Source: Promethearchaeota archaeon
GTDB taxonomy: Archaea; Asgardarchaeota; Lokiarchaeia; Sigyniarchaeales; SOKP01
Direction of reading: 5' to 3'
Length of the DNA stretch: 27,692 nt
Assembly (NCBI GenBank): GCA_048941265.1
Contig: JBHLNT010000042.1
Coordinates: forward strand, 1 to 27,692
A program made the translations under genes and the position numbers. Position 1 is the stretch's first letter. Each line of letters starts with the position of its first letter. Of this stretch, positions 19,078 through 27,692 are shown in pieces. A model generated the notes under the pieces. The model was not told where the DNA came from and made no database searches. It saw only the letters and a list, made by a program, of their open reading frames with translations.

Positions 19078-20271
19078 ATGCATTGGAAAAATTATACTAG
19101 TTTACCAGAAAAGTTTCGAAATGAAAGGGTGTTTGATGGTTGTGGTATTTCGGGCTATATTAACATAGATGGTACAAGAGATTCTGGAACTAAAGTTATT
19201 GATATGTTATGTATTTTACATGACAGAGAAAATGGGCTTGGAGCCGGTTTTGCTGCTTACGGAATATATCCGAAATATAAAGATTATTATGCACTTCATT
19301 TTTTATTTGATGATGAGCCAAGTAAAGAAATTGTATTACAGCATTTAGAAAAGACAGGGTATATAATTCAATCTGAAGTCATTCCCACTAAAACACCTTC
19401 GAATGTTGATAATCCCCCAATAACTTGGAGAGTGTTTTATGAGCCAAAAGAGATGAAGAGTATTTCAAAAGATGATCAAATGGTAAGTTTAGTAATGGAA
19501 ATTAATGAGAAGTTTGATGGAGCATTTATCATGTCATCGGGCAAAAATATGGGTGTTTTTAAGGGGAATGGATGGTCCCATGAAATAGCGGAATATTATA
19601 AAATTGCCGATTATAAAGCGTATATGTGGTTAGCCCATAGCCGATTTCCAACGAATACTCCTGGATGGTGGGGTGGAGCCCATCCATTTAATTTATTAGG
19701 GACTTCTGTAATCCATAATGGAGAGATAACTTCATATGGAACGAACATGAGATATTTAGAATCATTTGGTTATAAATGTACATTATTTACGGATACAGAA
19801 GTAATAGCATATTTATTTGATTTATTAGTCAGAAGGCATAAAATACCAATTTCAATAGCGAGTCTAGCCTTAGCTCCACCTTTATTTGATGAAATTATGA
19901 GAATGGAAAAAAAATATCAAATTGCCCTTAAAAATATAAGGGCAACTTACCGTTCTGCTATGCTAAATGGGCCATTCTCCATTGTAGTGGGTTTTAACGG
20001 TCTTGTGCCAACAATGATTGGATTAACAGATAGAAAAAAATTAAGACCTTTAGTTGCAGCCATCTCAGATGATGAGAATACTGTATATCTGAGTAGTGAA
20101 GAGGCTAGTTTTAAGAGATTGATGCTAAATCAATCTTCCTCATTTAAATTTAGGGAAATTTGGCATCCGAGAAGTGGTACGGCGATTGTCGCTAGATTAG
20201 GAGATGGTCTTTTAAGAAATGGCCTTGAAAAGCCATTTGAAAAATTAAAATTATCTGTAATAGGTGAATAA
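19078..20271 (+). CDS. gltB1: Glutamate synthase domain 1 (class II glutamine amidotransferase subunit)
   Basis: 'DGCGISG' (Cys22, Ntn nucleophile after propeptide removal), 'HDRENGLGAGFAAYG', 'AHSRFPTNTPGWWGGAHPF', 'IHNGEITSYG' and 'DRKKLRP'. Confidence 0.92.
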   Translation: MHWKNYTSLPEKFRNERVFDGCGISGYINIDGTRDSGTKVIDMLCILHDRENGLGAGFAAYGIYPKYKDYYALHFLFDDEPSKEIVLQHLEKTGYIIQSEVIPTKTPSNVDNPPITWRVFYEPKEMKSISKDDQMVSLVMEINEKFDGAFIMSSGKNMGVFKGNGWSHEIAEYYKIADYKAYMWLAHSRFPTNTPGWWGGAHPFNLLGTSVIHNGEITSYGTNMRYLESFGYKCTLFTDTEVIAYLFDLLVRRHKIPISIASLALAPPLFDEIMRMEKKYQIALKNIRATYRSAMLNGPFSIVVGFNGLVPTMIGLTDRKKLRPLVAAISDDENTVYLSSEEASFKRLMLNQSSSFKFREIWHPRSGTAIVARLGDGLLRNGLEKPFEKLKLSVIGE

Positions 20272-20274
20272 TAA

Positions 20275-21795
20275 ATGTCAATAAATCATGCAGTCCCAAC
20301 ATATTTTCGTGTTAATATCGATAGGGATTATTGTAAGAAATGCAAACGATGTGTTACCCATTGTTCTTATGGAGCATTATCTTTTAATGGAGAACGTATT
20401 GTAGCTGATGATAGCCTATGTGTGGCTTGCCAAAGATGTGTTGCGATGTGTCCGGGTAAAGCAATTAGAGTCGTAAAAAATGATTCTTATTTACCACCAC
20501 ATGGAAATTATACAAGAAGGATACGCAATATCATATGGGCTCAATCTGGGAATGGAGGTGTTTTATTAAGTGCCACTGGAAATGATAGGCCCATCAGAGT
20601 CATATTTGATGATTTGCTTCTTGACGCTTGTCAAGTTACAAATCCCGCAATTGATCCGTTAAGAGAAACTATTGAAACCAAAATATTTTTTGGTCGAAAG
20701 CCGAAAAAACTTGATTTCTCTATGGATGAGATAGATCCATCAAAAGTCTCATTAAAAACTGAAATTATGCCTCATTTCGAGATAGATATGCCAATTATGG
20801 TGGGTCATATGAGCTTAGGATCTATTAGTTATAATGCGTGTATGGCAATTTATCAGGCCTCTAAAGAGCTAAATATTCTTGCAGGTTCTGGAGAAGGAGG
20901 ACTTCATCCCGATTTCTATGAATATGGTCCGAATATCATTTCTGAAGTTGCATCAGGAAGATTTGGAGTGGATATTAACTATTTACACAATGTAGCGGGA
21001 CTTGAGATCAAGATTGGTCAAGGAGCAAAACCAGGACACGGAGGTCATTTACCAGGAGAGAAAGTCAATACTTTAATATCTCAAACGAGAATGATTCCCA
21101 AAGGTAGTGATGCATTGTCGCCTTATCCGCACCATGATATTTATTCAATAGAAGATCTTGCACAGTTAATCGCAGCTTTAAAGGAGGCTACTCGATATAA
21201 AGTGCCAGTTGGTGTGAAAATCGCAGCAGTTCACAATTCTGCACCAATAGCAGTAGGAATAGTTAGAGGAGGAGCGGATTTCTTGACTCTTGATGGTTTC
21301 CGTGGCGGTACTGGTGCAGCCCCAAGGATTATTCGGGATCATGCTGGTATTCCAATCGAATTAGCAATTGCTTCTGTTGATAAAAGATTACGAGAAGAGG
21401 GCCTTAGAGATGAGGTCACTTTAGTGGCGGGAGGATCTATTCGGTATTCTGCAGATCTGATAAAGGCGATTGCATTAGGAGCCGATGTAGGAATGTGCTG
21501 TTTACCAGTGCTAATCGCAATGGGTTGTAGAGTTTGCCAACAGTGTTTTAAAGGACTATGTTCATGGGGAATTGCTACTCAACAAGAATATTTAGTTAAG
21601 AGATTGGACATTGATGTTGCGAGGAATCGAATTATTAATCTCTTCCATAGCTGGAATGAAGAATTAAAGGAAGTTTTAGGAGCAATGGGAATAGATTCCG
21701 TCGAATCACTTCGTTCAAATAGGGATAGATTAAGATATATTGGTCCAAATCCCAAAATTGCTGATATATTAGGAGTAAAACATGCAGGTGAATAA
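20275..21795 (+). CDS. gltB2: Glutamate synthase domain 2 (FMN-binding, archaeal GltS type, with an N-terminal ferredoxin domain)
   Basis: CKKCKRCVTHC and CVACQRCVAMCP; MSLGSIS; GEGG; VASGRFGV; EIKIGQGAKPGHGGHLPGEKV; SPYPHHDIYSIEDL; CRVCQQCFKGLC. Confidence 0.96.
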   Translation: MSINHAVPTYFRVNIDRDYCKKCKRCVTHCSYGALSFNGERIVADDSLCVACQRCVAMCPGKAIRVVKNDSYLPPHGNYTRRIRNIIWAQSGNGGVLLSATGNDRPIRVIFDDLLLDACQVTNPAIDPLRETIETKIFFGRKPKKLDFSMDEIDPSKVSLKTEIMPHFEIDMPIMVGHMSLGSISYNACMAIYQASKELNILAGSGEGGLHPDFYEYGPNIISEVASGRFGVDINYLHNVAGLEIKIGQGAKPGHGGHLPGEKVNTLISQTRMIPKGSDALSPYPHHDIYSIEDLAQLIAALKEATRYKVPVGVKIAAVHNSAPIAVGIVRGGADFLTLDGFRGGTGAAPRIIRDHAGIPIELAIASVDKRLREEGLRDEVTLVAGGSIRYSADLIKAIALGADVGMCCLPVLIAMGCRVCQQCFKGLCSWGIATQQEYLVKRLDIDVARNRIINLFHSWNEELKEVLGAMGIDSVESLRSNRDRLRYIGPNPKIADILGVKHAGE

Positions 21796-21800
21796 TAAAG

Positions 21801-22625
21801 TTGATAGATAGTACTCTTATTTTAAGTAAAGAAAACAAAAAAACTATAGAAATAGATGCTTGCCCGAATGGTGAGTCCATAATCTATCAAGACTTAAATG
21901 AGAAAATTCATGAAGCTATAAGAGATGGATATGAGAGATTAATTTTGAATAATGTCTGTGGACAGCGATTTATAGCTGCATCCCTACAAGGAGATTTTGA
22001 GATAATTATAAATGGTGTTCCTGGAAATGATCTCGCTGTTTTTATGGATGGTCCTAAAATCATTGTTAATGGAAATTGTGAAGATCAAACTGGTAATACG
22101 ATGAATAATGGAATAATTCTAATAGATGGTGATGGTGGGGATGTCATTGGTCTATCCGCTAGAGGCGGTAAAATATATGTAAAAAAAGATGTGGGATATA
22201 GAGTTGGCATTCACATTAAAGAATACGAAAATCAATTTCCTGTCATAATCATCGGTGGGACGGCAAAAGACTTTTTAGGAGAATATATGGCAGGAGGGTT
22301 AATACTAGCTCTTGGACTTAAAATCTTACCTGATGGCTCTGTTATTGAGAGTGAAGAATCGATATGCGGAGGAGAATTAGGAACCGGAATTCATAGAGGC
22401 AAGATAATATTAAGAACTGAAGAGAATTTAGAACCGAAATTAGGAGTAGGAGCAAAACTTTTCGAAATAACTCCAGAAGAACTTAAAGAAATTGAACCAC
22501 TATTAAGAGAATTTTGCGAGTTTTTCAATATACCATATGAGATTATCGGGAATAAGCCTTTTAAAGTTATTAAACCAATCTCAAAAAGACCATTTGGTGG
22601 CAATTATTGTGGCCAAATTATATAA
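21801..22625 (+). CDS. gltB3: Glutamate synthase domain 3 (GXGXG beta-helix subunit)
   Basis: 'NVCGQRFIA', 'GVPGNDLAVFMDG', 'GNTMNNG' and 'FLGEYMAGG' GXGXG repeats; TTG start 5 nt after gltB2. Confidence 0.92.
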   Translation: MIDSTLILSKENKKTIEIDACPNGESIIYQDLNEKIHEAIRDGYERLILNNVCGQRFIAASLQGDFEIIINGVPGNDLAVFMDGPKIIVNGNCEDQTGNTMNNGIILIDGDGGDVIGLSARGGKIYVKKDVGYRVGIHIKEYENQFPVIIIGGTAKDFLGEYMAGGLILALGLKILPDGSVIESEESICGGELGTGIHRGKIILRTEENLEPKLGVGAKLFEITPEELKEIEPLLREFCEFFNIPYEIIGNKPFKVIKPISKRPFGGNYCGQII

Positions 22626-22730
22626 TCTCATTGAAAATCTTTTTCTAAATTTTACCCTTTTTTTCTCAAAAATTGTATTATGCATATTCTTGAATTAAAT
22701 TTAACTAACTTTAGTTTTTTTTGATTGAAA

Positions 22731-22835
22731 ATGTGTGAGATAAACGGATTCAGTTGGAAAGACAAACCAATGAATGAAAAAATGAATAATAAATTTATTC
22801 ATGGAAGTCCTCATTACTCTAATATTATTTATTAG
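22731..22835 (+). pseudogene. Degenerate N-terminal remnant of an asparagine synthetase B-like (class II GATase) gene
   Basis: MCEINGFSWKDKPMNEKMNNKFIHGSPHYSNIIY* aligns by eye with the AsnB N-terminus pattern MCGIxGF...MxxxxxHRGPD..G.Y, with G3 and the RGPD motif mutated and an early stop. Confidence 0.55.
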
Positions 22836-22980
22836 AACCAATTGCATCAAATCTAATAAGAGAAATAAGAGAGCTGTAATAAAAACTGGAATTTGAACTC
22901 TTATTTTAGATTTTCAAAATGTTTTTATAAACTCACTATTATATTTAAATTGAGGTTTCTGGTATAAGAAAAAACTGGAT

Positions 22981-23130
22981 ATGAAAGAATTAAAAAAATG
23001 TCCCAAATGTGGGAATATAATGGCCTTAAGGACATTTCTGTTAAATTCAAAAAAAATGCGAATAGTTCAATGTTTCGTATGTCGATATTGGGAACCCTTC
23101 ATTTCTGAAGATACAGCATATCCATCCTGA
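22981..23130 (+). CDS. Small zinc-ribbon protein (49 aa), not in the ORF track
   Basis: MKELKKCPKCGNIMALRTFLLNSKKMRIVQCFVCRYWEPFISEDTAYPS*, with CPxCG and CxxC motifs; TATA-like TATTTAAAT at about 22942-22950. Confidence 0.75.
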   Translation: MKELKKCPKCGNIMALRTFLLNSKKMRIVQCFVCRYWEPFISEDTAYPS

Positions 23131-23183
23131 TTGTTTTGATATGACAATTAGAATTAATCATTTAAAAAAAAAATTAAAATTAT

Positions 23184-24215
23184 TTAAATACTAACTGTCC
23201 AGCCAAACTCATCTTCGATTTCTAGGCGCTGGATTCCAGTTAATAAATTATAGAGTTTGATTGTTAATTCACCGGGCTGATGATTATTAAACACTTTTGT
23301 TTTCTCTTCCATATTGATTGAACCTATTGGAGTAATAACGGCTGCAGTTCCTGTACAAAACGTCTCTGTGCAATTATCTTCGAATAATTCTTTATATGAA
23401 ATATCTCTTTGTTCAACCTTAACTCCTAATTTTTTCTCGGCAAGCTCTAACACAGATTTAACTGTAATACCTTCAAGTATAGTCCCTATGAATCTAGGGG
23501 TGACAAGATTGCTATCTATGACACCACAAAAGTTAGCCGCTCCCACCTCATTTATGTATTCTAAATGTACAGAATCTAAATAAAGAATTTGAGCGAAACC
23601 TTTCATTTTTGCTTCTTTTGCTGGTTTCATGGTCCCCGCATAATTCCCTCCCATTTTTGTAAATCCCGTTCCTCCCTGAGAAGCTCTTGTGTACTTTTTT
23701 GAAATTTCAATATCGATAGCTTTAAAACCTTCAGGGAAATAAGGGCCGACAGGTGAGACAAAAATGATAAATTTAAATTCTTCGGCGGGTGCAACACCCA
23801 ACATCGGACCATTTCCAATCATTAAAGGTCGGATATATAATGCTCCGCCACTATCATAAGGCGGAATATATTCTTCATTAGCTCTTACAACGGTTTTAAG
23901 CGCATTGATGAATTTATGAGGATCGTATTTCGGCATAAGTAATCTTTCAGCGCTTTTGTTGAGTCTTTTTGCATTTTCACTTGGTCGGAATAAAGTGATA
24001 TCACCATTCTTTGCTCTCAATGCTTTCATTCCTTCAAAAAATGTTTGACCATAATTTAAGGCACAGGCAGCAGGGGAAATTTCTAAATTTCCAAAAGGAA
24101 CTAATTTACCCTCGTCCCATTCACCATCTTTATAGTCCGAAACGAACATCATTTTGGTTTTTATAAATTTAAAACCCAAATTATAAAAATCTATATCATT
24201 ACTTTTTACACTCAT
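23184..24215 (-). CDS. ilvE: Branched-chain amino acid aminotransferase (PLP fold type IV)
   Basis: LNYGQTFFEGMKA, LYIRP, PVGPY, PLP lysine in TKMGGNYA, EVGAAN, ILEGIT and TGTAAVITPI. Confidence 0.96.
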   Translation of the reverse strand: MSVKSNDIDFYNLGFKFIKTKMMFVSDYKDGEWDEGKLVPFGNLEISPAACALNYGQTFFEGMKALRAKNGDITLFRPSENAKRLNKSAERLLMPKYDPHKFINALKTVVRANEEYIPPYDSGGALYIRPLMIGNGPMLGVAPAEEFKFIIFVSPVGPYFPEGFKAIDIEISKKYTRASQGGTGFTKMGGNYAGTMKPAKEAKMKGFAQILYLDSVHLEYINEVGAANFCGVIDSNLVTPRFIGTILEGITVKSVLELAEKKLGVKVEQRDISYKELFEDNCTETFCTGTAAVITPIGSINMEEKTKVFNNHQPGELTIKLYNLLTGIQRLEIEDEFGWTVSI

Positions 24216-24249
24216 TATACTTTAATCTCTTTTTTGTTTTTTGTATTGA

Positions 24250-24447
24250 ATGACCAATAAGCAAAAGCGCTTTTCTTAAATGACCTCTTTCTAAAAATAT
24301 TATCTACAAAGCAAGAAAAATCTTCCAATCAAATATGTTAGAGAAAAAGTCAGGAAAAGGTCTCTTGCTTTATAATACTAATGCTGCTGCTACAATAACA
24401 TCAATGGCTATATCCATAGCCAGTTTTTTTATAGCATTAGTATTATA
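24250..24447 (-). promoter_or_regulatory. Candidate attenuator RNA (three hairpins and U-tracts) in the ilvE 5' leader
   Basis: 15-bp perfect inverted repeat 24371-24385/24433-24447 with an inner 7-bp stem 24405-24411/24416-24422; a 14-bp stem 24361-24374/24305-24318; and the AAAAGCGCTTTT hairpin at 24263-24274. Confidence 0.65.
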
Positions 24448-24456
24448 TGAGGCCAT
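24370..24456 (-). CDS. Putative ilvE leader peptide (28 aa, Ile/Val/Leu/Ala-rich)
   Basis: ATG 24456 to TAA 24370 gives MASYNTNAIKKLAMDIAIDVIVAAALVL*; it ends 154 nt upstream of ilvE on the same strand. Confidence 0.7.
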   Translation of the reverse strand: MASYNTNAIKKLAMDIAIDVIVAAALVL

Positions 24457-24476
24457 TATATCTGAATTGTACTTTC

Positions 24477-24494
24477 TATAATTTAAACTTTGTC
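24477..24494 (-). promoter_or_regulatory. BRE/TATA-like promoter for the leader-ilvE transcript
   Basis: Minus strand GACAAAG-TTTAAATTATA, about 25-30 nt upstream of the leader ATG, consistent with a leaderless or near-leaderless start. Confidence 0.5.
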
Positions 24495-24667
24495 TATTAA
24501 TATGGGTTTGTTTTCCCACGTTTGGTTTGGAAAAGAAAAAATTATAAAAAAAATATGAAAAGTTAAGAAAAGTTAAGAAATTATAATAGAAGAGTAAAAA
24601 ATGGAATGATAATTAATAGAATTAAGCATTAGAGTTTTAATAAATTAGATATGAATAATTTTAAGTT

Positions 24668-26329
24668 ATGGAATTAAAGATGAAAAATCGAAAATTAAAA
24701 TTAGTCATTGGTCAAATTAATCCTATTGTTGGAGACGTTGACTATAACAGAAATAAAATCATAAACATTATAGAAAGCAATCAAAATGCAGATATTATTG
24801 CATTTCCTGAGATGTCGTTGGTTGGATATCCATTAATGGACCATATCTATGACGATCTAATAAAAGAGAAAAATATGAATTCAATCGAAAAAATAAAGGA
24901 ATTGAATTCTTCATCAACGATCATTTTAGGTACATTTACCGAACCTCAAGAATTAAAGGAAAAAATCCAACATTTTTATAATTCTGCAATAGTAATTGAG
25001 GGAAAGATGATTAAATACATCGAAAACAAAAGACTTTTACCAAATTATGATATATTTGATGAGAGAAGATATTTTTCTTTTGACACTAAATTCACACCTA
25101 TTGAAATAAAAGGCATTAAGGTTGGATTACTAATCTGTGAAGATATTTGGGATAATTCGTATGATATCAAAGTCGCAGAAAACCTTGTTAATAATGGAGC
25201 TGAATTACTGATCATAATCAATGCTTCTCCATATCACATAAATAAATTTAACCTTAGAAAAGATTTAGTATGTGGAAAATCTAAAAGATTTTCTGTCCCT
25301 ATAGTATATGTTAATATGGTGGGAGGCCTTGACGAAATTGTTTATGACGGACAAAGTTTTATCACAAATAAATATGGTCAAATTATTTTTAAAGCAAAAG
25401 CTTTTGAAGAAGATATTAATCAAGTAGAAATTTCCATAGACGACCCAGCGGTAATCAAAGAACAAGATTATCATATTGATTGGAGGGAAGAAGTGTTAAA
25501 TGCTTTAAAATTGAATTTATTTGATTACTTTCATAAAAGCAATATTTTCAGCGGAGTTGTATTAGGATTGAGTGGAGGTATTGATTCGGCTTTAACAGCA
25601 TATATTTGCGCGAAAGCATTAGGACCAGATAAAGTCAATGCCATAATGATGCCTACAAGATATACCTCCCGAGAAAGTTTGGATTTAGCGCAAAAATTAT
25701 GTGAAAATATAGGTATTAACTATAATATTCACCCAATCGATGATCTATTTGATGCCTATGAAAATTCGATAGAAAAAAACCTTGGAAAAGTACCTTTTGA
25801 TATCGCGGACGAAAACCTCCAAGCTCGGATTAGAGCAACCATATTAATGTATTATTCAAATAAATTTAATTGGCTACTCGTCTCTACAGGCAATAAATCT
25901 GAAATTGGTGTAGGCTATTGCACTTTGTACGGAGATACCAATGGCGGCAAAAATGTGCCAGGTGATCTTTTAAAAGTGCAAATTTATGAAATCTGTGAAT
26001 ATATTAATAAAGATAAAGAAGAAATACCCCGAGGTATTATTGAAAGACCTCCAACCGCTGAGCTAAGAGAAAATCAAAAGGACAGTGATTCTCTACCTCC
26101 ATATGAAATTCTTGATATAATACTCGAAGAAATAGTTGAACATGGGGTCGGTTCAGAATTAGATCATCTGGTAAAAAAGGGTATTGATGCGCAAACTATT
26201 TTAAAAGTAAGAAAACTCTATTTAAATTCAGAATATAAGCGAAGACAACTAGTTCAATCAATAAAAATTAGTGAAAGTGCATTCGGAATAGGTAGAAGAT
26301 ACCCCGTATTAAAGAGATTAAAATTTTAA
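24668..26329 (+). CDS. nadE: Glutamine-dependent NAD+ synthetase (nitrilase-like glutaminase plus NAD synthase domains)
   Basis: Triad motifs FPEM, KRLLPNYDIFDERRYF and ICEDIW; PP-loop GLSGGIDSA; ENLQARIR; TGNKSE; PPTAEL. Alternative start at ATG 24680. Confidence 0.96.
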   Translation: MELKMKNRKLKLVIGQINPIVGDVDYNRNKIINIIESNQNADIIAFPEMSLVGYPLMDHIYDDLIKEKNMNSIEKIKELNSSSTIILGTFTEPQELKEKIQHFYNSAIVIEGKMIKYIENKRLLPNYDIFDERRYFSFDTKFTPIEIKGIKVGLLICEDIWDNSYDIKVAENLVNNGAELLIIINASPYHINKFNLRKDLVCGKSKRFSVPIVYVNMVGGLDEIVYDGQSFITNKYGQIIFKAKAFEEDINQVEISIDDPAVIKEQDYHIDWREEVLNALKLNLFDYFHKSNIFSGVVLGLSGGIDSALTAYICAKALGPDKVNAIMMPTRYTSRESLDLAQKLCENIGINYNIHPIDDLFDAYENSIEKNLGKVPFDIADENLQARIRATILMYYSNKFNWLLVSTGNKSEIGVGYCTLYGDTNGGKNVPGDLLKVQIYEICEYINKDKEEIPRGIIERPPTAELRENQKDSDSLPPYEILDIILEEIVEHGVGSELDHLVKKGIDAQTILKVRKLYLNSEYKRRQLVQSIKISESAFGIGRRYPVLKRLKF

Positions 26330-26477
26330 AATTATTCTGTCGACATTTAAGAAGCAAGAAAATAGAATTACTAAATATTCATGCTAAAAAAGAAAAAGCC
26401 TTTTATGAATATTTAAAAAGAAATGGAGTTTGAAATTAAAAAATAAAAAAATGGATAATTGATATAAAATTTCTTAA

Positions 26478-27692
26478 TTATATACCTAATTTCTCCAATT
26501 GCTCTTTATTTTTTAAAACAACGTCTTGAGTTAATGGGTAATATTTCCAAAAGATAAGGGTTCCTATAAACATAACAATAGCTGGAATGACCCCCGCCAA
26601 AAGGCGAATTCCCCATAATACTAGGTGTATATCAGCAACCGCAGCCGCTAACTCAGCATATGATTCCTTGCCTGGAACGAATCCTGTGAGATTATGTACA
26701 ATTGCTATTATTAATTCGTCGATAGTGGCAGCAAGTCGACCAAAAAATGCAGAAGCTCCAACGAGAATAGCTTTTTGATCCTTTTTAGTTCGCACCGCAT
26801 AGTCATCTTGAACATTTGCTGCTATAATTGTGTAGATAAACGCCCAAAGTGAGCCCAAGCAAAATCCGAGAATAAATATTATTATTAATAAATCTAATGT
26901 TGTTTGAAAAAATGTTATTGGGACCATAGCTGCAGAAACTAAAAATCCCCCGATGGCTCCCACCTTTTTGTTGTTGTTCATTGTTTTTAAAATTTTAAGC
27001 CAGAATGGAATAGAAATTAAAGCACCTAAAAGTAGGGCAACAAATATGAGAGTTATATCGTCGGTACTGGCACGCGCAACAAAGACTATTATATAGATAG
27101 TATTTCCCATCATTATACTAGTTGATGCAACCCACGCTGTGACAAAAATAAAATAAACAATGAAGCTTTTTTGTTTAACAACTTCTTTTATTCCCTTGAA
27201 AAATGTCATTCTCTCATATTCGCCCGTGTAATAGCGATCAATTACAACCTTATCTTCTCGGGCACCAGGAAGAAATAAAAGACCGCCAATAAGAGCTATG
27301 AATGCAACCATTGCACCCATAAATGCAAATCCCTCTCTTCCAGCACCAGCACTAAGGAATAGGGGAGGAATTACTAAACCAATGGCTTGAGCCACCATAT
27401 CTATAGGCATGAAATATTTCGATAATTTTCGGCGCTCTTCTTCAGTGCGAAATAAATCTGGGCGTAGAACTCCAAGATTTACCTGCACAAGTGATCCAAA
27501 TGTATCAAAAATAAATAATGAGAAAATAAGCCACCAAAATATTGGCCAAGGATTGCTGGAACCATCCACATCTGGAGCTGAGAAGATAAGATACAAACTT
27601 AAACACCAAGGGACGACCCCTATAACAATCCAAGGGAATCGCCTTCCGAATCGTCTTGTGAGTTTTGTATTTCTATCTACTAAAAACCCAAG
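26478..27692 (-). CDS. MFS transporter, GPH/MelB (MFS_2) family, 5'-partial
   Basis: The frame is open to the window end (LGFLVDRNTKLTRRFGRRFPWIVIG...), so the true start lies outside the window. Multiple TM segments and a C-terminal 'YPLT' motif. Confidence 0.9.
   Translation of the reverse strand, partial: LGFLVDRNTKLTRRFGRRFPWIVIGVVPWCLSLYLIFSAPDVDGSSNPWPIFWWLIFSLFIFDTFGSLVQVNLGVLRPDLFRTEEERRKLSKYFMPIDMVAQAIGLVIPPLFLSAGAGREGFAFMGAMVAFIALIGGLLFLPGAREDKVVIDRYYTGEYERMTFFKGIKEVVKQKSFIVYFIFVTAWVASTSIMMGNTIYIIVFVARASTDDITLIFVALLLGALISIPFWLKILKTMNNNKKVGAIGGFLVSAAMVPITFFQTTLDLLIIIFILGFCLGSLWAFIYTIIAANVQDDYAVRTKKDQKAILVGASAFFGRLAATIDELIIAIVHNLTGFVPGKESYAELAAAVADIHLVLWGIRLLAGVIPAIVMFIGTLIFWKYYPLTQDVVLKNKEQLEKLGI

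Noticed and set aside
24557-24580. Tandem repeat GAAAAGTTAA x2.4 between ilvE and nadE
   Set aside because: Too short and low-complexity; not a CRISPR or convincing operator array.
18211-26778. Short ORFs at 18211, 21635, 22391, 23314, 23627, 25265 and 26587
   Set aside because: Nested in or antisense to conserved enzyme or transporter genes, with no motifs.
1-27692. Full TGA=Trp genetic code reassignment
   Set aside because: All long conserved genes are intact under the standard code, so their many Trp codons are TGG. An AT-rich reassigned genome would use TGA heavily. The zinc-ribbon microgene also appears to end in TGA.

Overview
AT-rich (roughly 30% GC by eye) archaeal chromosomal segment. 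The gene repertoire and style suggest Asgard archaea (Lokiarchaeia/Promethearchaeota): GPH-family MFS permeases, paralogous ABC exporters, a three-gene split glutamate synthase, an HdrB/HdrC-type protein, TATA-like boxes and U-tract terminators. That assignment is inference. From left to right: a 5'-partial hypothetical; a GNAT acetyltransferase; two hypotheticals; a membrane protein with a double zinc ribbon interrupted by one in-frame TGA; an MFS permease; two tandem copies of an asymmetric heterodimeric ABC exporter; a PiT + DUF47 phosphate uptake pair preceded by a Thr-type sulfatase-like hydrolase; an hdrBC-fusion/gltB1/gltB2/gltB3 operon; an asnB-like remnant; a small zinc-ribbon gene; ilvE; glutamine-dependent nadE; and a second, 5'-partial MFS permease. 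No rRNA, tRNA, CRISPR or transposase was recognised. The most notable observations are (1) an unannotated Ile/Val/Leu/Ala-rich 28-aa leader peptide with overlapping hairpins and U-tracts upstream of ilvE, a candidate archaeal ribosome-mediated attenuator, and (2) an HdrB-HdrC fusion heading a glutamate synthase operon.
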